Program-made: the position numbers and the translations under genes
Origin: Candidatus Heimdallarchaeota archaeon
GTDB lineage: Archaea > Asgardarchaeota > Heimdallarchaeia > Hodarchaeales > Hodarchaeaceae
Assembly: GCA_011364965.1 (NCBI GenBank)
Contig: RDOB01000002.1
Location: 328,599 to 392,598, forward strand
Length of the DNA: 64,000 nt
Direction: 5' to 3'
Notes under the pieces: model-generated
Told to the model about the DNA's origin: nothing
The model's database searches: none
Seen by the model: only the letters and a program-made list of their open reading frames with translations
In this document: in pieces, positions 38,379 through 48,257 of the stretch
How the letters are laid out: the number at the start of each line of letters is the position of its first letter
Position numbering within the stretch: the first letter of the stretch is position 1

Positions 38379-40052
38379 TTACTGGATTTGTTCCAGGTTT
38401 CCTTTACAATAAGGACATGTTGTAACCCCTGTTTCTTTGATATTGGCATAACAGTCACTGCATATCTTTCGAGAGCACTGATCGCATTTATATGCAGAAT
38501 CTGTTGATGGATGAGTTTCTCCATCAAGTTGACAATGGAAGGATTCACGTTCATCAGGGAAATATTTGTGGGTTTTGATAGGTTGTTCAACCTTTGCTCC
38601 GCAATACTTACAGAATCGACTGTTTGGTAGAAGATCTCGACCACAACTACGACAATTTGTCTCGTTTGCTGGAGTAGTTATTTTCGAAACGCCATAATCT
38701 CTACCAACAAGTTTCGCACCGCAGTTTGTACAATATGTATCTCCTATTTTCGTCTTGAAATTGCATCTATGGCACTGCCCTTCCTTTAATGTCGGGATTC
38801 CGGCACTCGGAGGAACCTCTGTTGTTGGAGGAGTGCTTGGAGGCGTTGTGGTTGCATCTGGAACTACTGCTGGAGCTTTCTTTGCTTTACTTCTTTGAAT
38901 AAGGGCAATTATCAAGATAAGAACTATAATACCACCTATTACTAAAAGAACTGGTTGAAAATCAAGCCATCGTTGTTCATAAGTTATATTGGTTTGATAT
39001 GTGACATCAAAAGTGATGTCCACCGACTCTGCGGGGTTTATGAAGGGATCGAAATAGATAAAGAAATACCAATCACCATCAGAAGGAACAGTATAACTAT
39101 CAGGAGCAATGTAATCTACAGCTTCATAAAGCACAGGAGCAGCAGAAAAGTCATACACTCCGACTGCATTATAATTTACAGTAAAATCGACATTGATTGG
39201 ACTAGTTCCAGCGTTATACCACACTAAATACCAATCTTGTGCATATGGTATAGTATATGAACCATTATCTCCTGAACTACCAAAATAAGAAACATCAGGA
39301 TATATTGTTTCCCAATTATTCCATCGACTAAGTTCATTTGCATCTGTTATGAAGAATTCGATGTCTCCTCCAGAAACAGTGAAATCATATGCCAAAATGG
39401 ATCCAGGTTTGAGGAAATACCCAATATACTGGTAATCATGATTCGCTTGAACAACCATATTTTCACTGTAACTACCTGTAAGAGTACGTGTTGCAGGAAA
39501 CGTTTCAAAAGGTTGATTCCAGATAATAAATGTCACTTCACTGAATGCATCTAATGTGTAATCAATTTGCTGACCAGCAGATAATTGTTCTCGTTCATAC
39601 CAATATTCATTGTAATAGAGAGTTTGAGTATCGCGATAGGTCACCGTACCATCTGCAGAGGCGTTTGTGAATGGGAAAGGGATGAATGCCATACCTAGTA
39701 GTGGAAGTATAATGAGTAATGCAATAATTCCAAGTACAATACCACTACTCCAGTAAACTGGAGCATAATACCAAGGACGATAAGGGTAACCCCACCACCA
39801 ATACCAACCCCACGGTCTACGCCACCATGGGCGCCAGAATCCCCAGTGTCTTCTTCCATAAGGATGGTAATGCCCGCGTGAAATACCACTACTCCGAGGT
39901 GCTCTTGATACTGTCCGTCTTGATCCTGTTCTTCCAAAGGGTCTCCCAGAGGATCTTATACTTCCAGTACGAAAGCTGTGGCTACCACCTCTAAAGCCGC
40001 CCCCTCTAAAGCCGCCCCCACCCCTGAAACCACCACCACCGCCACGAGGCAT
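38379..40052 (-). CDS. Membrane protein with an RGG/Gly-Arg-rich and Trp/Arg-rich N-terminus, an aromatic/Asp-rich extracytoplasmic domain between two TM helices, a Pro/Thr linker and three C-terminal zinc ribbons
   Basis: N-terminus MPRGGGGGFRGGGGFRGGGFRGG...WRPWWRRPWGWYWWWGYPYRPWYY. Two hydrophobic helices. C-terminal CHRCN...CTNCGAKL, CRSCG...CKYCGAKV and CDQCS...CSDC...CPYCKG. No homolog recognised. Confidence 0.5.
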   Translation of the reverse strand: MPRGGGGGFRGGGGFRGGGFRGGSHSFRTGSIRSSGRPFGRTGSRRTVSRAPRSSGISRGHYHPYGRRHWGFWRPWWRRPWGWYWWWGYPYRPWYYAPVYWSSGIVLGIIALLIILPLLGMAFIPFPFTNASADGTVTYRDTQTLYYNEYWYEREQLSAGQQIDYTLDAFSEVTFIIWNQPFETFPATRTLTGSYSENMVVQANHDYQYIGYFLKPGSILAYDFTVSGGDIEFFITDANELSRWNNWETIYPDVSYFGSSGDNGSYTIPYAQDWYLVWYNAGTSPINVDFTVNYNAVGVYDFSAAPVLYEAVDYIAPDSYTVPSDGDWYFFIYFDPFINPAESVDITFDVTYQTNITYEQRWLDFQPVLLVIGGIIVLILIIALIQRSKAKKAPAVVPDATTTPPSTPPTTEVPPSAGIPTLKEGQCHRCNFKTKIGDTYCTNCGAKLVGRDYGVSKITTPANETNCRSCGRDLLPNSRFCKYCGAKVEQPIKTHKYFPDERESFHCQLDGETHPSTDSAYKCDQCSRKICSDCYANIKETGVTTCPYCKGNLEQIQ

Positions 40053-40057
40053 TTGTT

Positions 40058-41032
40058 TTATTCCTCCTTAGCAGCAGTGCTTGTTGCTTCACGGAATATT
40101 ATGTCTCTTGCTACTGCTGCTACTAAAAATATTATAGCTAATCCACTAAATGTGACTCCTAAGATATCAATTTGAGCTGAGGATGCACGGATCGCACCAA
40201 ATAGAAGTATTAATACAAATAAAAGCCATTCGATGAGTAGATTGCCAATTCCAACTAATAATCCAATTTGATGCCAATTTCGATTAAGTTTAATTTTGTG
40301 ATAATCAGCAGATGCCCATTGATAAATCGCAAACGCACTGAAAATGCTTAATAATAAAAACACAATCCCATATACAGCTAACAATAGCCAGAATAAACCA
40401 AAGTCACCTTGGAGAGTTAAATAGCTGTAGATCGATCCACCTCCTCGCGCTTCGAAAAGATAGTACGTTACAAGGTCTGGTCCTGAAGCGGGTACAATAG
40501 GTGCTTTCAGAAAACCAGCTAATCCAATTGCAGGCGCTAAACCTCCAAAAAACAAAAATAGGACTGTTGCTAGTAATGTAAACGCATAATTAAACTGGCG
40601 AGGATTGGATACTGGAATTAATCCTTTCAAATCTTCGTATTTTTCAGGTAAATAGCCCCAACAATCCGTTATGGTGGCTACACCCAATAATTCCTGATTT
40701 TCAACAACAGGAATTACAGAAACATCTAAATCGCGCATACGTGTGAAAGCAACTGCAACAGGGGTATTATTTGTAACTGGATCAATGGTATACATGACTT
40801 CAGTCACTTTTGCATTTTCTGCAGATAAACCTTCAGCAACTAGATTTGTGACTATATCAAAGTCAGCAATTACCCCAACGACGTTATTCCCTTTATCAAC
40901 AACAACCAGATCTGGAATCCCCGCTTCTTTCATTTTCATGGCCGCATCTTTTACAGATGCTTCACTTGAGATCACATCATATTCATCATCGATCGTTAGA
41001 TCCGCAATTTTAAATTCCTTATCATTAGACAA
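40058..41032 (-). CDS. CBS-pair domain protein with a C-terminal four-helix membrane domain
   Basis: An N-terminal tandem CBS signature (VVDKGNNVVGVIADFDIV... and IPVVENQELLGVATITD) is followed by four hydrophobic helices. Ends 5 bp before 38379..40052. Confidence 0.65.
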   Translation of the reverse strand: MSNDKEFKIADLTIDDEYDVISSEASVKDAAMKMKEAGIPDLVVVDKGNNVVGVIADFDIVTNLVAEGLSAENAKVTEVMYTIDPVTNNTPVAVAFTRMRDLDVSVIPVVENQELLGVATITDCWGYLPEKYEDLKGLIPVSNPRQFNYAFTLLATVLFLFFGGLAPAIGLAGFLKAPIVPASGPDLVTYYLFEARGGGSIYSYLTLQGDFGLFWLLLAVYGIVFLLLSIFSAFAIYQWASADYHKIKLNRNWHQIGLLVGIGNLLIEWLLFVLILLFGAIRASSAQIDILGVTFSGLAIIFLVAAVARDIIFREATSTAAKEE

Positions 41033-41325
41033 TAGAAAAGTAAACCTCCGATTTCATATTGATTGAGATAACTTACGTTGGATAGTCCGTAAATTCATCA
41101 TATAAAGCTAGTTCTTGCAGAAGCTTGTAGAAGTCTTGAAAATTAAAAATGAAATAACTGAAACACCATTACTTTCAGCTCTAATGTTTCCAAAGGTGTC
41201 TTTTGGGATTTTATAAAGATCTTATTCCTTTGTTCGAGTAATAAGAGATAATTTTTCATTAATTTTTGAGTTGTAGAAAGTATAAAGCGACTATTTTTAT
41301 ACAGAATATAATCATTTAAGCTAAA

Positions 41326-42630
41326 TCAGTCTTCTTCTTCAACGCTATTATTTTCAATTAAATAGCCTAAAGAATGTTTAATTTCTTCTAGGGGAAGATC
41401 GCGAATCGAAATTTTGGTGATACGTCCGCAAGATTTTCCGTTCCTGTGTCTATTTTCAACTTCTTGTTGTATTAATCCAAGCTTTCCAAGATCTTTGAGG
41501 TAAGACCAGATTTGAGTTTGTCTTCTAGGATGAATATTTGCTTCCTCGCAGATCCGCTGATATTCTTTCTGAACTACTGGAGTAGTGACGAAATTCCTAT
41601 CTTTAGAGAGGATTTTTGCAATACTTAACAAAAGCAATTTTTGATGGATGTTTAGATCTTCAACAATTGACTTCTCCATGGGAAGAATAGAAACCATGGC
41701 TCGACGGATATGTTCTGCGGAAATTCGTGAATCAAAATCTTGATCAGCCAGTTTAGCTGCTCTCCAAAGTAGTTCGATTGCAAAACGAGCGTCTCCATTT
41801 TCTTCAGCTAAACTTGCAATGACTTCTAGTAGTTCATCATCATAAGCTGATTCTTGAAGACCTTTTTCAGCGCGAGACGAAATAATATCAAAGAGCTGAT
41901 TGCGCGTGTACGGAGGGAACGTAATTATATTTTTACCCAATGATGAAGAGGTGGAATCATCCAAATAGTATCTAAAGTTAGGATCTCTAGTTATGGTTAG
42001 GAGATTGAAGCGAGATTCCTCACTTTCCTTTGAATAGCCTAAATGATGATTGTTTCTCATTGGAGGGGATTCTTCTATACGAGATAATGCATACAGAAAA
42101 TCTATCCGTTCATCAGGAATTAAATAGTCAATTTCATCAAGGATTAAGAGACTAACAAGATTCTGTTCATATAATAACAAAGTAAACATCCGTAAAAGCT
42201 CTTCAACACTAAATCCTCGTAATGGGAATCCGGGGACTAGTTGTCGCAAAATTGTGGTTAAGATTAGATGAGGAGTTTTAGTCTTCCTGCAGTTTACATG
42301 AAAAAATCGAAAATTGGGTCTATTTCTTGAGTTCTCCTGCTCTTTCAAGAAATTTGACAATTGAATTGCAAATGCTCGTGACAATACTGTTTTCCCCGTC
42401 CCTACAACTCCATATAGAATCACACGTCGATTGGACGTTGTTGGATGTGTAATAATTGACCGAAAATAGTTAACAAGTTGTCTCATCTCATCTTCTCTGT
42501 GCCAGATCTGATCAGGAATATAATTTGTTGAAAAAACACTCTCCCCGCTTTGGTTATCCTCTACCATTTTGAATACAGATTGATTGTTTTTGAAAGCTTT
42601 TTGAAAGAAATTTTTTTTTGAATCAGTCAT
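41326..42630 (-). CDS. orc1: Orc1/Cdc6 replication initiator (AAA+ plus a C-terminal winged helix)
   Basis: Walker A LYGVVGTGKTVLS, Walker B LLILDEIDYL, sensor regions and a C-terminal wH. Size 434 aa. Confidence 0.9.
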   Translation of the reverse strand: MTDSKKNFFQKAFKNNQSVFKMVEDNQSGESVFSTNYIPDQIWHREDEMRQLVNYFRSIITHPTTSNRRVILYGVVGTGKTVLSRAFAIQLSNFLKEQENSRNRPNFRFFHVNCRKTKTPHLILTTILRQLVPGFPLRGFSVEELLRMFTLLLYEQNLVSLLILDEIDYLIPDERIDFLYALSRIEESPPMRNNHHLGYSKESEESRFNLLTITRDPNFRYYLDDSTSSSLGKNIITFPPYTRNQLFDIISSRAEKGLQESAYDDELLEVIASLAEENGDARFAIELLWRAAKLADQDFDSRISAEHIRRAMVSILPMEKSIVEDLNIHQKLLLLSIAKILSKDRNFVTTPVVQKEYQRICEEANIHPRRQTQIWSYLKDLGKLGLIQQEVENRHRNGKSCGRITKISIRDLPLEEIKHSLGYLIENNSVEEED

Positions 42631-43140
42631 TTCATGTTAATTCCATTCGTAGGTGACCCTTGCAACGCAATAAAGGATAAATAAAGCATAAACCTTTTGA
42701 GAATAAACAGTAACTAGGGATTATATAAAAAATCACTAAAGACGGTCTTATTTAGAAATAAAAATCTACAAAGTCTAAATCGTTCTTTGAAAGTAAGCGA
42801 TTTAATTCTATATTTCAATTTAATTCTAAAGAGATTGATTTACTGATAGTTCGGGGATGTTTAAGGGAGATTTAGCAAGTACCTGAAATAAATTCGTTTA
42901 ATATTTTTAATAATGAGGACTTTAATCTCGAAATGGTTCTATTAGAAGGCGCCATATTATTTAATTCTAAATTAGGAGAAGAGTCAAAACGAAGATTTTA
43001 CGAAATCAGGAATTCTTCCATCCCTACATGAAAATTCTTCCGATTCCAGCTTTTATTGATTGCAGATTTCTGAATTTTTTTAAATAAAATGAATAAATCC
43101 ATGTTATCCTCCTATTTTGTGCTAGAAAGAGGGAACCTGC
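42631..43140. promoter_or_regulatory. Candidate replication origin (oriC): an AT-rich 510-bp intergenic region upstream of orc1 with short repeated motifs
   Basis: Adjacent to orc1. TTTAATTCTAWA occurs three times (~42803, ~42829, ~42960), and AATTCTTCC occurs twice (43009, 43033). There is no ORF. Canonical ORB elements were not confidently recognised. Confidence 0.35.
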
Positions 43141-44178
43141 TTGAATGATGACCCTTTACGGATTAACGAAATTATTAAGTATGCTGACGAAAAAGTTGCC
43201 ACTCTTGAACGAGATAACGGCAAAATAAGGTCTTGGAGGTCTTGGAGAAAATGGATGGTTAATCAACAAAATAGGTTCTCTCAAGGTAAAATCTCTCACT
43301 ATCAGTATTATTCACTTGCAGCAGCGTTCGCCCAATATCTTCATAGCGATTTAGCTATCTCTATTAACCCTATCGAGGAAATTCTTTCCTCCAATTATTG
43401 TTCGACTTGTTTAGACCCTATTGATGAAGATGAAGTCCGACTCAAGGTATGCAGTAATTGCAGAAGCCGTCTTTCTTTATTAGAACGTGAGCGGGTTGTT
43501 TTACCTTCCCAAATGGGCTTTATTTTCTCTCTCTCCCTTTTTTGGTTGATTTTTTTGAATCCTAAAAAAGCATTTAATTATTTGCGATATGGATTAGCAA
43601 ATTGGATTCACGTTTTATCCCTGTTTATTGTTTCCAGTGTTCTTCTTAGCGTAACGGTATTGGAATTTGTACCTCGAATGAGCTACACTACTCAAGAGGA
43701 AATTGAGGTATGGATGAGCGTTCAAAATACTATTGCTTGGGAAGGCGTAATAGCTTATTTTATTCTAAATATCGTTATCTTTTCGCTTTATACTTTGGTA
43801 ATTTATTTTTCTACCCGAGGTTCATCATTCTCTTATTCGCTTTCTGAAACATTGAAAATATCTAGTCTTATAATCTTACCTCGTGTTCTTCTTATGCCTC
43901 TTTATGCATTTTTCTATCAACAAACAACAAATGAAACCTATCTAATTTCTAGATATGTTTCGTTAGAGCAAGTGCAATGGCTTATCCTCAATTTAAATGA
44001 TTATATGGGAGAATATGGGGTCTTTATTGAAACTTTAGCAGGTATTCTGACCCTAATGTTGTTCTTTTTCGCGTTGTATTACACTTGGAACCTTGAGACT
44101 GATTCATCGTTATTTCGTCTTATTCCAATGGCATGGATGTTCATTATTCTTGCCTTTGGAGTCCCTCTATATCTTTAA
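43141..44178 (+). CDS. Membrane protein with an N-terminal cytoplasmic zinc-ribbon (CSTC...CSNC) and ~6 TM helices; TTG start
   Basis: ORF plus hydrophobicity pattern. No enzymatic motif. Confidence 0.4.
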   Translation: MNDDPLRINEIIKYADEKVATLERDNGKIRSWRSWRKWMVNQQNRFSQGKISHYQYYSLAAAFAQYLHSDLAISINPIEEILSSNYCSTCLDPIDEDEVRLKVCSNCRSRLSLLERERVVLPSQMGFIFSLSLFWLIFLNPKKAFNYLRYGLANWIHVLSLFIVSSVLLSVTVLEFVPRMSYTTQEEIEVWMSVQNTIAWEGVIAYFILNIVIFSLYTLVIYFSTRGSSFSYSLSETLKISSLIILPRVLLMPLYAFFYQQTTNETYLISRYVSLEQVQWLILNLNDYMGEYGVFIETLAGILTLMLFFFALYYTWNLETDSSLFRLIPMAWMFIILAFGVPLYL

Positions 44179-44468
44179 AATTCGTTCTAGGTTTCAATAT
44201 TTCAGGAAGATAAGAACAATTAAGAATTTAGTTTGAGTTCTACCCGTAAATACAAATTATTCCCTTTGAGTTTTAAAAATCAACCCTAAGGTTTATTGTA
44301 TTGTAAATTAAAGCTTTTATCCGTTCAGTGGCGAAATCCAACAATTATTTTCCGAATCATCTCATTTAATAACTTGGATGCTCCATTAACAGGCTTTCTT
44401 GCGATTTAGGTCGTATAGGAGAGTTTTTGAATGAATTATAGCCATTATTCTTTTTATTGTAAATCCAT

Positions 44469-45419
44469 TTATTTTGGTTTTTGTCTTCTAAAACCCGTCC
44501 TATTGTGATAAATATTATCTCTATGACCCTCTTTCCCTATGTAAACATCCTCACAATATAATTCCGATGGATATATTTCCATTGTCCTCTCATTCAAAAA
44601 ATTCTTAAGATTTTGAGGCAGTTCCCCTTTGATCGAGTCAAGAACTTCCTCCTGATCTATTTCAAGCCGATAGATTCGTTTAAAATAACGATTAATATTT
44701 GAAATATCTGTTTGGAGGTATTCGATTGCTCGATCTATTCTAATACGAACTGGGGTATTAATGAAGGTTTTTATGTTGAATTGCACAGATTGTGATACAT
44801 CCATTGTAATAAGCTCCTCATTCTGATTAATCATGAGATTGTGTTCACTATAATCTCCATGGATAAAATTTCCTTTAAGAAAGAGATCAGCTAAGATATC
44901 TATTGAATCATATAGATATTCTGTAGCTTTTTCCTTTGGAAGAGGGACATCTCGAAGAAGAGGAGCAGGATCTTCCGATCCGCTGCTGGCGGGGATGAAT
45001 TCCATAACAACAATATTATCCATCAAGCTGATTGGCTTGGGAACTAAGACATGTTCCCTCATTTGCATTAAATTCCAATATTCTTGTCTAGCAGCTAATG
45101 CAGCCATATCATTTGCTAGAATATGCTGAGTTCCATGTAGTCGCTTTTTTATAGTACTAGTGAAAAATCTAAATACTTTTGCACACACAAATTCATCCTT
45201 TTCATTCAAAGCAAGGATAACTGTAGCTTCTTTACCTCCTCCAATCACAGAGAGAATTTTTTTGATTTCACCTGTATCAAGTAGCTCCTTTTTAGCTTCA
45301 TCAATTCTAATTTCCTTTAATTGGTGTTTTGATTGTCTTTTTTGTTTATATTCTTCCCTGCCGAAGGCATTTTTCTTGTATCTTTCAAATCCGATTGTCT
45401 GATTATGGTCTGAACTCAT
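44469..45419 (-). CDS. RIO-type atypical serine protein kinase
   Basis: ATP-binding IGGGKEATV (RIO STGKEANV-like), the catalytic loop IHGDYSEHNLM (RIO HGDLSEYN) and a metal-binding D. There is no N-terminal wHTH, so it is Rio1-like. Confidence 0.7.
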   Translation of the reverse strand: MSSDHNQTIGFERYKKNAFGREEYKQKRQSKHQLKEIRIDEAKKELLDTGEIKKILSVIGGGKEATVILALNEKDEFVCAKVFRFFTSTIKKRLHGTQHILANDMAALAARQEYWNLMQMREHVLVPKPISLMDNIVVMEFIPASSGSEDPAPLLRDVPLPKEKATEYLYDSIDILADLFLKGNFIHGDYSEHNLMINQNEELITMDVSQSVQFNIKTFINTPVRIRIDRAIEYLQTDISNINRYFKRIYRLEIDQEEVLDSIKGELPQNLKNFLNERTMEIYPSELYCEDVYIGKEGHRDNIYHNRTGFRRQKPK

Positions 45420-46446
45420 TTTTTACAACTCTTACCTCAAAACATAAAATTGGTCTTAGGATTAAGAATCATTTTTTCTTTGTTCATATTGATGAAGTAG
45501 ATTATTATTCGCACTCCATTGGTTGACTATTTTTTTTGCTTCTGAGATGTACTCCAAAATTTCGTGTGATTGATCTGACAGGTAATTTATATCGAAACTG
45601 GAGCTTATATTTATACTTCCAATTCTTAAATACAAACATTTCCAAATATCATCGCTTTTAATGTCATGAATAGGGCTTTTAAATTTCGATTTCACAATTC
45701 AATTCATCCTAAACCAAGTTTTGTGTTATCATGTTAGGTTTTAATATCAATGTCAGGGGGAAGCTTGTTTAATGGACGTTACAACCATTTTTCTTGCTTT
45801 GATCTAACTATCCTAAGTTCGAGGCTCCGCTATGGTGCTATCATCAGTGCTGCTTAAGCTTGGAGACCATGAAAGATAGACCAAAAAGTTAATCTATACC
45901 AGCAGAAAGATTGGAGAAGAATATCGTTAATGTCAAAAGTAAAATCTTCACTGAATTGTCTTGTTTGTTTCTATTTGACAATTGCAGGAGCTCGTTCACA
46001 GATGACAAAAATCAACATTCTTATTTCATTAACTTCATATATCATCCAGACAAGTACCTCCTGTATCAGTGACATCCAAAAGAAAGCTGATTGAATTTAT
46101 ATAGCTTTTGTTTTTGCTAGGAGTATGATTAATAAATCACAGATACATCGGAATGAGAGAGAGAGCTCATTGAAAATGACAAATATCTCCAGAATTTTAG
46201 ATTATAGTAAGCCAAAAGAGCTGAATAAGCAAAAACGATGAACCTGACGTTTTAAGTGTTAAACTTGAAATAATTTATGGCTGATCAATTTCTCTTCACG
46301 CTAAATATGATTAATCTTCCTGAAATAAAGTACACATCACTTTAAGGTGAAATTATTACTATCATGTCTTTAATTTACACTCTGTTCAGTTAAAAGATTC
46401 CTTAAGTTTCTATTCAATTAACATAATTACATTGGATTGATTAACT

Positions 46447-47559
46447 GTGACACCTCGTAAGAGAAAAACCACAATATCAAATGATGAAGACGAAACAAAC
46501 ACTATCTCTTTAACAAATGATGATTTAACTTCACCTTCGGAGTTTAACTCAAAAACTAAAAGCTCTAGTCCCCCATCAAACGAAAAAGGCCTGAAAATCG
46601 GTGATATATCGGAACTTCCAGGTATTGGTCCAGCAACTGCAAAAAAATTGCAGGATTCTGGATTTGGGACATTAGAATCACTGGCAACGGTTAGCATTGG
46701 TGAACTAGTTGCAGTCGGAAACTTAGGAGAAGCAACATCGCGTAAAATTATTCAGGCTGCGAGAGACGCCTTAAATTTCGGCTTTATATCTGCGGATGAG
46801 GTATTAGAACGAAGAAGAAATATGCTTAAAGTCACAACAGGTTCAACTGCACTTGATGACTTGTTTGGTGGGGGAATAGAGACTGGAGCTGTAACAGAGC
46901 TGTATGGAGAATATAGAACCGGAAAGACTCAACTTGCTCATCAGTTATGTGTAGCAGCTCAGTTACCGAGAGAATTAGGTGGGCTTAATGTTGATGGAGA
47001 CGAGCCCATAAAAGTAATATACATTGACACAGAGGGAACATTCCGTCCTGAACGAATTCTCAATATGAGTAAACGGTGGGAAGGCGATCTTGATGTCAAG
47101 AAAATCCTAAAAAACATTATGCATGGTCGTGCTTATAATAGCGATCATCAAATGGTTCTAGCAGAGAAAGCTGCTCAGGATAGTCAAATTCAACGAGTTG
47201 GCCTAGTGGTTGTTGATTCACTCATCTCTCATTTCCGTGCAGAATACATTGGAAGAGGAACCCTTGCTGGGCGGCAACAGAAATTAAATCAACACATTCA
47301 CACTCTTCTTAAAATGGCTGAAGTTAGTAACTTGGCCGTCATTCTGACAAATCAGGTTCATTCGAAGCCTGATCAATTCTTTGGTGACCCTACCGCTCCT
47401 GTTGGAGGAAATATCGTAGCCCACGCGAGTCAGACGCGTGTCTACCTCCGTAAGTCAAAAGGTGAAAGAAGAATTGCTAGGATCGCTGATTCACCACTTT
47501 TGCCCGAAAATGAAACTGTTTTTGCAATTACAGGTGAAGGTATTATAGATGTAAATTAA
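46447..47559 (+). CDS. radA: RadA recombinase (Rad51/RecA family) with a ~55-aa Ser/Thr/Asp-rich N-terminal extension; GTG start
   Basis: HhH region LPGIGPATAKKLQDSGF, Walker A GEYRTGKTQLAHQL, Walker B LVVVDS and the L1/L2 loops. Size 370 aa. Confidence 0.9.
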   Translation: MTPRKRKTTISNDEDETNTISLTNDDLTSPSEFNSKTKSSSPPSNEKGLKIGDISELPGIGPATAKKLQDSGFGTLESLATVSIGELVAVGNLGEATSRKIIQAARDALNFGFISADEVLERRRNMLKVTTGSTALDDLFGGGIETGAVTELYGEYRTGKTQLAHQLCVAAQLPRELGGLNVDGDEPIKVIYIDTEGTFRPERILNMSKRWEGDLDVKKILKNIMHGRAYNSDHQMVLAEKAAQDSQIQRVGLVVVDSLISHFRAEYIGRGTLAGRQQKLNQHIHTLLKMAEVSNLAVILTNQVHSKPDQFFGDPTAPVGGNIVAHASQTRVYLRKSKGERRIARIADSPLLPENETVFAITGEGIIDVN

Positions 47560-47636
47560 TCTCTTACCTTCATTTCTTCTCTGCTTTTCAGGCGGAGAAT
47601 TAATCAATTGTATTCAATTTTAAATTTAGTCGACTA

Positions 47637-48170
47637 ATGGCAAAACCATTTCAATCATTTATTATTACAGGAAAAAAAGGAGCAGGAAAATCTACTATTT
47701 GCAAACGAATATTTGATTACTTGCGTTCTCGATCCATATCAACTGGGGGAGTAATAACAGTTCAAAATGCGGTTAAATGGTTCTATTTACTGCCTATTGG
47801 GCTGAAGATTGAATTTGAGGCACAAGAAGGAGAGGATCATATTCCGATTGGGAGATTTAAAGTCCATAAAAAGCACATGGAGAAAACAGTTGAACATATA
47901 AAAGCCACTATTGGCAGTAATATCGTGATAATTGACGAAATCGGATTTTTGGAAATGATGGGAGAAGGCTATCATTCAATACTGAATCAAGTTCTCACAC
48001 GAACTGGAATAAATATATTCGTTGTAAAAGAGCGAATTTTAAACGATTTCATTCTTATGTTCCCTCATACGCAGAATTATTCAGTGATTCGAGTGGATAA
48101 ACAAAATTTCGAATTAAAATATAATTTCTTAAAGAATACACTTGATAATCTTATTATTTATTTCAAGTGA
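47637..48170 (+). CDS. THEP1/COG1618-type nucleoside-triphosphatase
   Basis: P-loop ITGKKGAGKSTI and Walker B IVIIDEIGFLEM. Size 177 aa. Confidence 0.7.
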   Translation: MAKPFQSFIITGKKGAGKSTICKRIFDYLRSRSISTGGVITVQNAVKWFYLLPIGLKIEFEAQEGEDHIPIGRFKVHKKHMEKTVEHIKATIGSNIVIIDEIGFLEMMGEGYHSILNQVLTRTGINIFVVKERILNDFILMFPHTQNYSVIRVDKQNFELKYNFLKNTLDNLIIYFK

Positions 48171-48257
48171 TTTTGGGAATATTTAAAACGTTCATACAAG
48201 ATTCTTTGAATTTAACACTCAAGTTAATAATTTAATACCACTCTGGAGAGAAAAAAG

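Noticed and set aside
45806-45840. A tRNA-like T-arm motif (aGTTCGAGgc) in the non-coding gap.
   Set aside because: There is no complementary T-stem, acceptor stem or anticodon arm around it, so it is not a tRNA.
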